The translations under genes and the position numbers were made by a program. A DNA stretch of 64,000 nucleotides from Candidatus Gugararchaeum adminiculabundum (GTDB taxonomy: Archaea > Micrarchaeota > Micrarchaeia > Burarchaeales > Gugararchaeaceae): positions 71,970-135,969 of the forward strand of contig CABMDC010000012.1 of the NCBI GenBank assembly GCA_902384795.1. Direction: 5' to 3'. Of this stretch, positions 45,745-56,144 are shown piece by piece. The notes under the pieces are model-generated. The model was not told where the DNA came from. It did not search any database and was given only the letters and a program-made list of their open reading frames with translations. The first letter of the stretch is position 1; the number at the start of each line of letters is the position of its first letter.

Positions 45745-47001
45745 ATGGATTTTGAAAAGGAAAAGAACCGGGTATTTGACATAATCGCAAAGCAGAACAA
45801 GTGGAGGGGCGGCGAATGCCTTAACATGATTGCCAGCGAGAACGTGATGAGCCCAGTTGCTACGAAAGCTTATGTTAGCGATTTCATGCACAGGTATGCG
45901 GAAGGATTGCCGCACCAGAGGTATTACCAGGGGACGAAGTTCACGGACGATATTGAGGACATGTGCAATGACTTGGCAAAGAAATTGTTTGGCGCTGATT
46001 TTGCGGATAACAGGGTGATTTCAGGAGGAGTTGCCAATGTGTGCGTTTTCTCTGCCCTAGCAAAGCCTGGCGAATTATTGATGGGCCCCGGAACTCCGGC
46101 TGGCTCACACATTTCGCACGAGAAATTCGGCGCAGCAGGAGTGGTCGCGCTGAATGTGGAGCACTATGAGTTTGATTTTGAGAGGTATGATATTGATGTT
46201 GAGAAAACTGTTGCAAAAATTCGCTCGCTCAAGCCGAAGATTGTAACTCTCGGGGGAAGCGTTATCCAATTCCCGCATCCTGTGCGCGAGATTAGGGCTG
46301 CTGCGGATGAGATTGGCGCGACTGTTGTTTATGATGGGGCGCACGTGCTGGGCCTGATTGCCGGGGGGGAATTCCAGCAGCCGTTGAAAGAAGGCGCGCA
46401 TGTGATGACCGCAAGCACGCACAAGACGTTCCCAGGCCCGCAGGGGGGAATTGTGCTTGGAAAGGGATTGGATGAAAAGAGGCAGAGGAAGATTCAGAAT
46501 AGGATTTTCCCGGGAATTGTTTCAAACCACCATGTGCACCGCTTGCCAGCGATGGCTATTACTTTGCTTGAAATGATGGAATTCGGAAAGGATTATGCTA
46601 AGCAGACTGTGAAAAATTCCAAGGCGCTTGCAGGCGAACTGGACAGGCTGGGGATGAAAGTGCTGATGAAGGAAAGGGGCTTCACTGTCTCGCACCAGTT
46701 TATTGCTGATGTGAGAAATTTTGGCGGAGGAACCAAGGTTGCCGATGCGCTCGAGGAGTGCAACATGATAATCAACAAAAATCTGCTGGCATTTGATGAT
46801 GTGAATAATGCCGCCAATCCCAGCGGGATTAGAGTGGGAACACAGGAATTGACGCGGTTCGGGATGAAGGAAAAAGAGATGAAGCAGGTTGCTGACCTTA
46901 TGGTGAGAGCGATTGGGGGAGAGAATAAGGAGAAAGTGAAAAAGGAAGTTGTTGAACTTAGGGGACGGTTCAAAGAAGTGCAATACTGTTTCAAGGGATA
47001 A
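45745..47001 (+). CDS. glyA: Serine hydroxymethyltransferase
   Basis: IASEN, YAEG, RYYQG, STHKTFPGPQGG and SNHH. Confidence 0.97.
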   Translation: MDFEKEKNRVFDIIAKQNKWRGGECLNMIASENVMSPVATKAYVSDFMHRYAEGLPHQRYYQGTKFTDDIEDMCNDLAKKLFGADFADNRVISGGVANVCVFSALAKPGELLMGPGTPAGSHISHEKFGAAGVVALNVEHYEFDFERYDIDVEKTVAKIRSLKPKIVTLGGSVIQFPHPVREIRAAADEIGATVVYDGAHVLGLIAGGEFQQPLKEGAHVMTASTHKTFPGPQGGIVLGKGLDEKRQRKIQNRIFPGIVSNHHVHRLPAMAITLLEMMEFGKDYAKQTVKNSKALAGELDRLGMKVLMKERGFTVSHQFIADVRNFGGGTKVADALEECNMIINKNLLAFDDVNNAANPSGIRVGTQELTRFGMKEKEMKQVADLMVRAIGGENKEKVKKEVVELRGRFKEVQYCFKG

Positions 47002-47004
47002 TGA

Positions 47005-47886
47005 ATGAAAAAGCTTTCTCCGGAAGAGGAGCGGATTATAGCCCATAAAGGCACTGAAAAGCCGTTTAGCGGCGAATATTGGGACTCTTTCAGGGCAGGG
47101 ATCTATTTTTGCAAAAGGTGCGGAGCCCCGCTCTATTGGTCAAAGGACAAATTCAAGTCTGACTGCGGCTGGCCTTCTTTTGATGAGGAAATAAACGGGG
47201 CAGTTAAAAGAAAAAAGGATGCGGACGGGATGCGCACGGAAATAATGTGCTCAAGATGCGGGGCGCATCTGGGGCATGTTTTCACTGGGGAAAAATTAAC
47301 TTCGAAAAACACGCGCCATTGCGTGAATTCGATTTCCATGGAATTTGTCCCTGAGGAGAAGATGAACGTGCAAACCATGGTCCTTGGAGGGGGCTGCTTC
47401 TGGTGCGTTGAGTCGGCGTTCTTGCTCGTTGACGGAGTGATTGAGGTGACCTCCGGCTATGCCGGAGGAAAAACCAAAAATCCGGCTTACAACGAAGTTT
47501 GCAGCGGGAAAACGGGCCATGCGGAAGTTGTGAAGCTGGCGTATGATGCTAAAAAAGTCTCGCTGGAAAAGCTGCTTAAAATATTCTTCAAAATACATGA
47601 TCCGACTTCCCCGAATAAGCAGGGGAATGATGTGGGGAACCAGTATAGGTCCGCGATATTTTACACAGAGGATTCGCAGAAAAAAGAGATAGAGGAATTT
47701 GTGAAAAACGCGCAAAAGGAGTATGAAAAGCCGATTGTTACTGAAGTGAGGAAGCTGGGCGAGTTCTATAAAGCTGAGGAATATCACCAGAGGTATTTCG
47801 AGAAGAACCCTCTTCATCCCTATTGCCTTCTTGCGATTCCGCCCAAAATCAGAAAAGTGAAGGAAATTCTGGGTAAAGAAAAGTAA
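47005..47886 (+). CDS. msrAB: Bifunctional methionine sulfoxide reductase MsrB-MsrA
   Basis: GWPSF, HLGHVF and RHCVNS (MsrB); GGCFWC, GHAE and AEEYHQ (MsrA). Confidence 0.97.
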   Translation: MKKLSPEEERIIAHKGTEKPFSGEYWDSFRAGIYFCKRCGAPLYWSKDKFKSDCGWPSFDEEINGAVKRKKDADGMRTEIMCSRCGAHLGHVFTGEKLTSKNTRHCVNSISMEFVPEEKMNVQTMVLGGGCFWCVESAFLLVDGVIEVTSGYAGGKTKNPAYNEVCSGKTGHAEVVKLAYDAKKVSLEKLLKIFFKIHDPTSPNKQGNDVGNQYRSAIFYTEDSQKKEIEEFVKNAQKEYEKPIVTEVRKLGEFYKAEEYHQRYFEKNPLHPYCLLAIPPKIRKVKEILGKEK

Positions 47887-47930
47887 AAAAAGGAAACACA
47901 ACTTTAAAGTATGGATTGCTAAATTAGTCC

Positions 47931-49802
47931 ATGTCCAATCCAGATACAATGGATGTGCTGCAGAAAGCCGGCAAAAAAGTAGTGCTCCTTGGGAATGAGG
48001 CTGTTGTAAGAGGGGCGCTGGAAGCGGGCATGGGATTTAGTGCTTCCTACCCTGGGACTCCGAGCAGCGAAATAGGGATTACGCTGGCTGCTATTGCTGA
48101 CAAGGCCGGATTTTACTGCGAGTGGAGCACCAATGAAAAAACAGCTTTTGAGGCCTGTGTTGGAGCTGCCTATTGCGGGGTGCGGGCGCTAACCGCAATG
48201 AAGCATTTTGGGATGAATGTTGCGCTTGATTCTATTTTGCCAGTGGTTTATACGGGAGTAAAAGGCGGGCTGGTGCTGGTGATTGCCGATGACCCAGGGG
48301 GGTTCAGCAGCGCGCAGTCAGAGCAGGATGTGCGCTATGCTTTGAGAATGGGAAACCTGCCAACCATTGAGCCGTCCAATGCGCAAGAGTGCATTGAGTT
48401 TACGAAATTGGCATTTGAAATCAGCGAGAAATACGAAACTCCGGTGGTGCTAAGGACTACTACTTTTGTGAATCACTGCCTTGGGAGCGTGAAACTTGGC
48501 GCGATGAAGAAGCCGAGAACCCAGGGGAGATTTGAGAAGAATTACGAGAGATATTACAATATCAGGCCGGCGATCCAGAAAATGCACAGGGCTGTGCTGG
48601 AAAGGCTGGAGAGAATTGAGAAAGAGTGTGCCGGTAAACTGAACCGAGTTGAAGGAAGCGCTGGGGGGAAAAAGAAAGTTGGGATTGTGGCTGGCGGAGT
48701 CTGCTATGAGCATGTGAAAGAGCTTGGGCTAAAGGATGTGAAGATTGCAAAAATCGGGATGAGCTATCCGATTTCGCGCGAGTTTGTTGTGAAATTTTTG
48801 AAGGGGCTGGATGAGGCGATTGTTGTCGAGGAGCTTGAGCCTATAATTGAAAATTTTGTAAAACAGGTTGCAAAGGATGTGAATCTGGGATTGAAGGTGC
48901 ACGGGAAGGATATTTTGCCAAGGGTTGGCGAATTTTCCCCTGATTTGATTTACGAGAGGATTGCGCCTGTTCTTGGGCTGAAGAAAAAAGATTGGAAAGA
49001 GCAGGAGAAACTGCTGGCAGGGATAAAAATTCCGCCCAGAAAGCCTGTGCTCTGCCAGGGGTGCCCGCACAGATCTACTTTCTATGCCGTGAAAAAAACG
49101 CTTGGGGAAAATTTCGTCTGGGCAGGGGATATCGGCTGCTATATCCTGGGGATTTATGAGCCGTTCAAAATGCAGGATTTTGTGATTTCCATGGGAGCCG
49201 GGGCGGGGATTGCGCACGGAATTTGCAAAGTGAGCGGGCAGAAACCTGTTGTTTTCATGGGAGACGGGACATTTTTCCATGCCGGGATGCCGGCAATTGC
49301 AAACTTGGTGTACAATGATTCAAGGCCGCTGCTTGTGATTATGGATAACGGGATTACTGCCATGACCGGGCACCAGCCGCATGCAGGAATGGGAAAAAGA
49401 GCGGGTGGAAAAGATGCGCCTTCGATAAAGATTGAGGAAGTGCTGAAGGGATTTGGAATCAAGAATATTGCAATTGTGAATTCGTTTAATCAAAAACAGG
49501 TGCAGGAAACGGTGAAGGAATTTGCCAAAAAAGATGAGCTGGCTGTGATAATTTCGCGAGGGGGATGCAGGCTGCTTGCAAAAAGGGAAGCAAGAAGGAG
49601 CGGAAAGGATTTCCCGGTGTTTGAAATTGACCAGGCTAAATGCACCAAATGCGGCGAGTGTGTCATGCATTTTGCCTGCCCTGCAATTTTGAAAAAGGAT
49701 AATGGAACGTTTATGATTAACCCGGACTTGTGCTGGGGATGTTCGGTGTGCGGCCAGATTTGCCCTGCTAGAGCGATTAGAGCGAAAGTGAAAACGGTTT
49801 GA
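47931..49802 (+). CDS. iorA: Indolepyruvate:ferredoxin oxidoreductase subunit alpha
   Basis: LGNEA, YPGTPS, CQGCPHR, GDIGC, GDGTFFH and C-terminal 2x[4Fe-4S] ferredoxin. Confidence 0.95.
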   Translation: MSNPDTMDVLQKAGKKVVLLGNEAVVRGALEAGMGFSASYPGTPSSEIGITLAAIADKAGFYCEWSTNEKTAFEACVGAAYCGVRALTAMKHFGMNVALDSILPVVYTGVKGGLVLVIADDPGGFSSAQSEQDVRYALRMGNLPTIEPSNAQECIEFTKLAFEISEKYETPVVLRTTTFVNHCLGSVKLGAMKKPRTQGRFEKNYERYYNIRPAIQKMHRAVLERLERIEKECAGKLNRVEGSAGGKKKVGIVAGGVCYEHVKELGLKDVKIAKIGMSYPISREFVVKFLKGLDEAIVVEELEPIIENFVKQVAKDVNLGLKVHGKDILPRVGEFSPDLIYERIAPVLGLKKKDWKEQEKLLAGIKIPPRKPVLCQGCPHRSTFYAVKKTLGENFVWAGDIGCYILGIYEPFKMQDFVISMGAGAGIAHGICKVSGQKPVVFMGDGTFFHAGMPAIANLVYNDSRPLLVIMDNGITAMTGHQPHAGMGKRAGGKDAPSIKIEEVLKGFGIKNIAIVNSFNQKQVQETVKEFAKKDELAVIISRGGCRLLAKREARRSGKDFPVFEIDQAKCTKCGECVMHFACPAILKKDNGTFMINPDLCWGCSVCGQICPARAIRAKVKTV

Positions 49803-49851
49803 GAAGTTGATGGGGGATGAACGGTTTGAAAGAAAAAATGGTGAATAGAAA

Positions 49852-50448
49852 ATGAAATTTAATGTGTTGCTCACTGGAGTTGGCGGAGAAGGGGTTTTGC
49901 TAGCTTCGGCGATTCTTGCGCGGGCTGCAAACATTGAGGGGTACGAGGTGCATGGAATTCAGCTGCACGGGCTTGCGCAAAGAGGGGGGTCCATTCCGAC
50001 CTATGTGCGATTTGGGGATAAGGGGGGGATATACTCGCCGATTATTCCCCGAGGCGGGGCGGATTTGATTATTGGGCTGGAGACTATTGAAGCTGCAAGG
50101 AGCTGCTATTTTGCGGATAAGAAGAAAACGAATTTCCTGATTGACACTTATACGGTGGTGCCTGTTTATGCGAACCTTAGCGGAGTGAAATATCCGTCTG
50201 AAAAGGAAGTGGAAAAAATGATTGCCCCTTTTGCAAAGAGCATAACCATTGTGGACGCCTCGCGCCTGACCAAGGAGAAACTGGGAAGCGCGCTCTATGG
50301 GAATGCCATGGCTTTCGGGGTTGCGATTGGCAAGGGCCTTTTGCCCCTTAAAAGAAAGAGCCTGGAAAACGCGATGGCTGAGACTATTCCGCGGGATATG
50401 GAGAAGAACTTGCAGGCATTCAAGATGGGATTGGAATTCAGGGGCTAG
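49852..50448 (+). CDS. iorB: Indolepyruvate:ferredoxin oxidoreductase subunit beta
   Basis: GVGGEG and HGLAQRGGS; directly follows iorA. Confidence 0.93.
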   Translation: MKFNVLLTGVGGEGVLLASAILARAANIEGYEVHGIQLHGLAQRGGSIPTYVRFGDKGGIYSPIIPRGGADLIIGLETIEAARSCYFADKKKTNFLIDTYTVVPVYANLSGVKYPSEKEVEKMIAPFAKSITIVDASRLTKEKLGSALYGNAMAFGVAIGKGLLPLKRKSLENAMAETIPRDMEKNLQAFKMGLEFRG

Positions 50449-50464
50449 CAAAAAGCTGGGAGAA

Positions 50465-52174
50465 TTAGATTCCGCCACCTGACCTGTTGCTAACGAGCCA
50501 TTCGGCTGCGGTTTTTGCGTCCATTTGGAGCAGGTCAAGATATTCTTCGCGAATCCCCTGGAGGAGGATATCTTTGCTTATTGAGCCGTAGTGTTGGAGT
50601 TTGTTATTAACGAAGTCCAGAATAAGACGCACTGCCGGATGATTTTCTGGAGGTTCAGGAAACTCAAGCTCTGCGCTGTGCTGCACAAGGAAAGAGTGAA
50701 CATCCTGTTCCGTTTTAATGGGAAGTTGCGCATTTGCTTCAAGTGAGAGCAGATAAGTTTCAGCAGCTTCTTTGGACATGCACAACGCATCGCGGTATTG
50801 CATGGCGAGCGCGAAAACTTCCTGATCGGAGATGGTTGTTGTGCGACCATCCGTGTATTGGGCAGTGACCCAGTCGAGCATTTTCTTCACAGCCGGGTGT
50901 TCTTTTGCCAAATTAGTGATAGGAATACCTGTCTCGTCCCTGTGCAGCTGAAGCCATAGCACAATTCCCCCAGTGCCAGATGTTTGGGATATGGTTATGC
51001 TAGGCTGCGAGCCAACAATTTCGGGGTCAAAGGAAAAGTAAACAGTCTTGTTCTTGAACAGGCCGTCGGCGTGGAGTCCTGCCGAGGTGGCGAACGCGTT
51101 CGAACCCTGCAATGGGGTGTTGGAAGGGATTTGCGCGCCCATGCGTTTGTAGTACTCTGCTATCTCTCCGATTACTTCGAGCCTTATGTCGTTGCCCGGG
51201 CGAATCCTGCCGCCGAAAATGCGGAAATACTCCACAGCAAGAGCTTCTAGGTGCGTGTTGCCGGTCCTTTCCCCGAAACTAAGCAAGGAAGCATTGACTG
51301 CGCCGCAGCCATAAAGCCAGGCAGTGACCGCGTTTGCAAGTGCCCGGTGAAAGTCGTTATGGCCATGCCATTCCAGCTGCTTGGATGGGACACCTGCCTC
51401 ATATTGCAATACATGCATGAGTTTTGGAACGCTGATAGGCAGGACTGCCCTTGGTTCGAACGTTCCCACGCCCAGAGTGTCGCAGAGCCGGATTTTGATG
51501 GGCACCTTGGTTTCTTGCGCGCGTTCCATCAGCTTTTGAGCGAAGGGAACAATGAACCCATAAATGTCAGCGCGTGTGACATCTTCAAAATGGCATCTTG
51601 GGATTACACCGTTCTCCAGCGCCGCGTCCACAACGCTCAGGTATAGTTCGAGCGCCTCCTTCCGTGTGCGGGCTAGCTTGAGGAAAATGTGATAGTCGGA
51701 AGCTGAAGTGAGTATACCAGTTTCTTTCAGGCCCGCATCTTTTACAAACTGGAAGTCCTCGGGAACCGCCCGTATCCAGCCTGTCACTTCTGGATAGGCA
51801 TAGCCCAGCTCGAGGCATTTCGCAACCGCTTCCCTTTCGGGGTCCCTGTAAAGGAAGAACTCGGACTGCCTTATCAGCCCCCCAGACCCTCCGAGCTCGT
51901 GGAGGAGCTTGTAAATCTCCACTATGTCTTTGACAGCATAGGGTGGGCGCGCCTGCTGGCCGTCGCGGAAAGTGGTGTCTGTTATGAGCGGCTCTTCAGC
52001 GGGCAGGAACGGAACCGTCTTCCAGTCGAAAGATATTCTTGGAGGTTCGTTAAACGGAAAGAGCTCTAGGAACTTATTGGCTTCGGTAACATTAGTAACA
52101 TCAAGCTTTCCAACGTTCCTGTGGAATTTGCATCCATCGGGCACCTTGCGTGTGGTCGAACCAGTACCATTCAT
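50465..52174 (-). CDS. DRE-TIM enzyme, Re-citrate synthase-like
   Basis: ITDTTFRDGQQARPPY, RQSEFFLY, SDYHIF, CHFEDVTRAD, EWHGHNDF and GERTGN. Confidence 0.8.
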   Translation of the reverse strand: MNGTGSTTRKVPDGCKFHRNVGKLDVTNVTEANKFLELFPFNEPPRISFDWKTVPFLPAEEPLITDTTFRDGQQARPPYAVKDIVEIYKLLHELGGSGGLIRQSEFFLYRDPEREAVAKCLELGYAYPEVTGWIRAVPEDFQFVKDAGLKETGILTSASDYHIFLKLARTRKEALELYLSVVDAALENGVIPRCHFEDVTRADIYGFIVPFAQKLMERAQETKVPIKIRLCDTLGVGTFEPRAVLPISVPKLMHVLQYEAGVPSKQLEWHGHNDFHRALANAVTAWLYGCGAVNASLLSFGERTGNTHLEALAVEYFRIFGGRIRPGNDIRLEVIGEIAEYYKRMGAQIPSNTPLQGSNAFATSAGLHADGLFKNKTVYFSFDPEIVGSQPSITISQTSGTGGIVLWLQLHRDETGIPITNLAKEHPAVKKMLDWVTAQYTDGRTTTISDQEVFALAMQYRDALCMSKEAAETYLLSLEANAQLPIKTEQDVHSFLVQHSAELEFPEPPENHPAVRLILDFVNNKLQHYGSISKDILLQGIREEYLDLLQMDAKTAAEWLVSNRSGGGI

Positions 52175-52289
52175 GAACCTACATTTGTTGTCAAAAGTAT
52201 TTAAAGCTTACAAAAACAGGGGGAGAGCGGGGGCTAACGCCGGGTATAAACAACGCGGACAGATGCCGGTTAACTGCGCCAGAAAAAAG

Positions 52290-52661
52290 TTATTCGTTGC
52301 CCAATCTTTCGCACCGCAAATCGATTCGCTTTTCTTCCCTGCCGACAATGGAGCCGTCGTTGCCGAACCCATAGGCGATTATGCGCACAGGATAGACTTC
52401 AGGGTAGGAGCGCGCGCTCCCGTAAATCTTGCATTTTTTCGTAAGCACTTCGCGGGGGCGCATGATGCCGACGCGCACGCGGCCCTTGGTAAGCTCGCGG
52501 TCCGGCGCAAGGGAAACCGCCTCGGGCACGATGATGTCGCACTCGCTCCAGATTATGTCGTTTGCTTCGTTCTCGAGCTCGATGGTGAGCTCTACCTCGT
52601 TGCGCACGAATGCGTTCAGCCTAAGCGGGTAAAACCTGTGATTAATCTGAAATAATGCCAT
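52290..52661 (-). CDS. Hypothetical beta-sandwich protein, paralog of 22106-22528
   Basis: PLRLNAF...ELTIELEN...VGIMRPRE...YPV. Confidence 0.7.
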   Translation of the reverse strand: MALFQINHRFYPLRLNAFVRNEVELTIELENEANDIIWSECDIIVPEAVSLAPDRELTKGRVRVGIMRPREVLTKKCKIYGSARSYPEVYPVRIIAYGFGNDGSIVGREEKRIDLRCERLGNE

Positions 52662-52795
52662 GAATAAACTCCGGGTATAATGAGACGGGGGGTTATTTAA
52701 AAATGTAGGTGAGGTTTTGGCCGAATGCCGGGGGAGATTGCCCTCGGAAAAGAAAGTCTTTTCACCGGAATCCACCCCTTTCTCCACCTATTTAT

Positions 52796-53299
52796 ATGGG
52801 AAGCGCGGTAAGAGAAGTGAAGTTGAGATTGATGATACCTGAAGCGGCATACATAAGAAAGGAAAATACTGTGCGCGACATGCAGCTGCCCGGCGACGTG
52901 CTAATGACCAAGAGGTCGATTATGCGATGGCTCGCGCTGGCGCTCGGCCTGGTTTCTCCCAAGGAAAGCAGGCAGTTGATGCTCTATGTTTTCGAATCGC
53001 TGGTGAACTTCCATCTTAAGAAAAAGAGCCCGGATATCCATGAGATCGTGGCCCAGGTGAAAAAGAGCACTGGCAAAAAATCCAGTGAGAACGAGGAAAC
53101 CCTGACCAAGGCGGTTAGGTATCATTTGAACTATTTGCAGAAGCAGGGGATTATTGAAAGGGAAAAGGGAGCTTACAGGTTTGTGGTGCCTTCCATGAGC
53201 GAGGACGATGATTTGGCAAGCTGTTTGGAGCAGGCGTATGTGAATAATGTTAACTCTGCTTTTCAGAAAATCAAAAAGGCGCTGAAGGCATATGAATAG
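52796..53299 (+). CDS. Hypothetical winged-helix protein
   Basis: KAVRYHLNYLQKQGIIEREKGAY HTH-wing pattern. Confidence 0.75.
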   Translation: MGSAVREVKLRLMIPEAAYIRKENTVRDMQLPGDVLMTKRSIMRWLALALGLVSPKESRQLMLYVFESLVNFHLKKKSPDIHEIVAQVKKSTGKKSSENEETLTKAVRYHLNYLQKQGIIEREKGAYRFVVPSMSEDDDLASCLEQAYVNNVNSAFQKIKKALKAYE

Positions 53300-53416
53300 A
53301 TGAAACGCGCGTAAATGGGGGAGGGTCAGGAGGAGCCTGAAACTGGGGAGGGGTGCTCCCCTCCGCGGTTCGGGAAAGCGATTAAAGCTTACGAATAGGA
53401 ATATTCTGCTGTTGGG

Positions 53417-56101
53417 ATGGAGTTTATGGCTAGAATAGAGGAGCTAATTAAAGAGAGATTTTCGGGCTACACGGACATTCAGAAGCTCGCCATACCTGTG
53501 GTTTCGTCTGGGAAAAATACGCTGATTATTGCGCCCACGGGATTTGGGAAAACAGAGGCGGCAATTTTGCCGGTTCTCGCAAAATTGGAGAGCAAGAATG
53601 GGGAGCCGGGAATCCAGGCACTGTACATTACTCCGACCAAGAGTTTGAACCGGGACATGATGGAAAGAATGACCTGGTGGTGCAAGGAGCTGAAAATCGC
53701 CCTCGCAGTGAGGCACGGGGACACGAGCCAGAGTGAGAGGCTGAAGCAGTCGAAAACCCCGCCCCAATTGTTGATTACCACTCCTGAAACTTTGCAGTCC
53801 CTGCTTGCTGCGAAAAAAGCAGGAGCTGGATTGAAGAATGTGAAATATGTGATTGTGGATGAGATTCACGAGCTGTTTGATTCCAAAAGAGGGGCGCAGT
53901 TTTCCATTGCCCTGGAAAGGCTGAATGAAAGGGCTGAATTCCAGAGGATTGGAATTTCAGCGACCGTGGGAGAGAAGACTTCCATGGCGCAGTTTTTGTG
54001 CTCAAAAAGAATGTGCGAAATCATTTCACTTTCAAAGTATAGGGAGCTGGAAATCAAGGTCGAGAATCCCAGGGCGAATGAGGATGATGCGGAGCTTGCG
54101 AAAGAATTATTTTTGGATGGGAAAGCGGTTGCAAGGATGAAAAGGATCAAGGAGCTTGTTGAGGAAGAGAAGACGCTGATTTTTGTTAATACAAGGCAGA
54201 TTGCCGAAACTCTGGCAAACAGGCTGCTGATTTTGCGTGCGAATGTGGCAATCCACCACGGGTCGCTTGCGCGCGAAATCAGGATTGCTGCCGAGGAGAA
54301 TTTCAAGAAAGGGAAAACCCAGGGGCTGGTTTGCACAAGCTCGCTGGAACTGGGGATTGACATTGGCGATGTGGAAAAGGTTGTGCAGTACATGAGCCCG
54401 CGCCAGGTGGCAAGGATGCTGCAAAGGGTCGGAAGAAGCGGGCATTCTGCCGAGAGAATTGCAAAAGCGGTTGTGATCACTTCCGATGACGAGGATAAAC
54501 TGGAGGCCGAAGTGATTGCCGAAATGGCAAAGGAGGGATTGGTGGAAAGGGAAGAGCCGCACAGGAATGCGCTGGATGTGCTTGCGCACCAAGTATGTGG
54601 AATTTTGCTTGAGAAGGGAAATGAGCAGGGAGAAGAGGCGGGGAACACAGGAGAAAGGAGCGGAACAACTTTTGATTATGTCTATTCACTGGTTACGCGC
54701 GCTTACAATTTTTCAGGCCTGCCAAAAGAGGAATTGGAAAAGGTGCTTCAGCAGTTGCATCTGGAAAGAATCATCGGCTACTCTGGAATGCAGGCTGGCG
54801 GGCAGATTCGGGGGACAGGCAGAACACGGGAATATTACTACTCACATTTGAGCACGATTCCAAGCCAGAAAAGAATGGCGATTAGAAATGCTGCCACAAA
54901 TTCGCTCGTGGCTTCACTGGATGAGGCGTTTGCAAGCACCCTGGAAAAAGGAGTGCTTTTCATAAGCAAAGGAATCCCCTGGAAAGTGCTGGATATGTTT
55001 GAGGATGAGATAATTGTCGAGCCCGCTGAAACACATTCGCTCGCAGTGCCGGACTGGACCGGGGAAGAAATCCCGGTTAGCTTTAATGTGGCGCAGAGAG
55101 TCGCGGGAAGAAGGGAGAAAGTGCAGACACCGATGCCTAGGGAGAAACTGGCTGTGATTGAATCCTGCGAAGAGGTCATTGTGATTCATCTGCATGCGGG
55201 AAATCGGATCAATGAAACAATTGCAAGGGTGCTGGGCGAGATTTTCACAACCAGGTTCGGGGCGAGCGTGTTTGTTTCCAGCGACCAGTACAGGATTGTG
55301 GCAAGGATGCCAAGGCCGACCAAGGCAGAGTGGGTGAAGCAGGCACTGCTGGAAACATTTGACATTTCTGGAACTTTGAGAAATTTTGTTCCGACCACTT
55401 CGCTTTTCAGGTTTAAGCTGACCCATGTGGCGCGCGCATTCGGCCTGCTTGGTGACGACGGAAAAATGACGCGCAAGCTGGCCGAGATGCTCAAGGGAAC
55501 TCCTGTTTTTGACGAGGCTATGAGAACCTTCTTTTTGGATTATTTGGATGTGGAAGGGGCGCAGAAAATTTTGGGAGAAATGAGGGGAGGGAAGATTGAG
55601 GTTGAAACGATTAATGTGGGAAAATTAACGCCTTTGGGAAGAAAGGGGGTTGATGCGGTTAGCGCGAGTGAATTAATTGCACCGGTGGAACCGAGCAGTG
55701 AAATTGTCAAGGCGTTCAAAAACGGGATTATGGAGGAGAACATCAGGTTTGTTTGCACCTATTGCGGGAAATATTTCTACAGGAAGATTTCAAAAATTGG
55801 CGCAAAGGAGAAACTGAAATGTGAGCACTGCAATAGCCCGATGGTTGCTGTGCTGAATAAGAAGAACAGGGATTTGAATGAGAAAGAGACCAAGAAACAG
55901 AAGAAGGAGCTTCTGAAAATTGCGAGCCTGGTTGATGCCTATGGAAAAAGGGCGGTTATTGCCCTGAGCGCCTATGGGGTCGGGGTGGATGGCGCCACCC
56001 GGATTCTGCAAAGGCTGCACAGGGATGAGGATTACCTTTTCGTGGACTTGCTTGAGGCGCAGAAGCAATTTATAAGGACGAAGAAATATTGGAGTGCATA
56101 A
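53417..56101 (+). CDS. lhr: Lhr-family ATP-dependent helicase
   Basis: APTGFGKT, DEIH, SAT, HHGS, SSLELGID, QRVGRSGH and C-terminal Zn ribbon. Confidence 0.95.
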   Translation: MEFMARIEELIKERFSGYTDIQKLAIPVVSSGKNTLIIAPTGFGKTEAAILPVLAKLESKNGEPGIQALYITPTKSLNRDMMERMTWWCKELKIALAVRHGDTSQSERLKQSKTPPQLLITTPETLQSLLAAKKAGAGLKNVKYVIVDEIHELFDSKRGAQFSIALERLNERAEFQRIGISATVGEKTSMAQFLCSKRMCEIISLSKYRELEIKVENPRANEDDAELAKELFLDGKAVARMKRIKELVEEEKTLIFVNTRQIAETLANRLLILRANVAIHHGSLAREIRIAAEENFKKGKTQGLVCTSSLELGIDIGDVEKVVQYMSPRQVARMLQRVGRSGHSAERIAKAVVITSDDEDKLEAEVIAEMAKEGLVEREEPHRNALDVLAHQVCGILLEKGNEQGEEAGNTGERSGTTFDYVYSLVTRAYNFSGLPKEELEKVLQQLHLERIIGYSGMQAGGQIRGTGRTREYYYSHLSTIPSQKRMAIRNAATNSLVASLDEAFASTLEKGVLFISKGIPWKVLDMFEDEIIVEPAETHSLAVPDWTGEEIPVSFNVAQRVAGRREKVQTPMPREKLAVIESCEEVIVIHLHAGNRINETIARVLGEIFTTRFGASVFVSSDQYRIVARMPRPTKAEWVKQALLETFDISGTLRNFVPTTSLFRFKLTHVARAFGLLGDDGKMTRKLAEMLKGTPVFDEAMRTFFLDYLDVEGAQKILGEMRGGKIEVETINVGKLTPLGRKGVDAVSASELIAPVEPSSEIVKAFKNGIMEENIRFVCTYCGKYFYRKISKIGAKEKLKCEHCNSPMVAVLNKKNRDLNEKETKKQKKELLKIASLVDAYGKRAVIALSAYGVGVDGATRILQRLHRDEDYLFVDLLEAQKQFIRTKKYWSA

Positions 56102-56144
56102 ATGAGCGGATGGAATAGCGAAATGAGATTGCATGGTGAAATGT

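Noticed and set aside
53300-53400. G-rich hairpins upstream of lhr
   Set aside because: Single occurrence with short stems and no match to the two element families; insufficient evidence.
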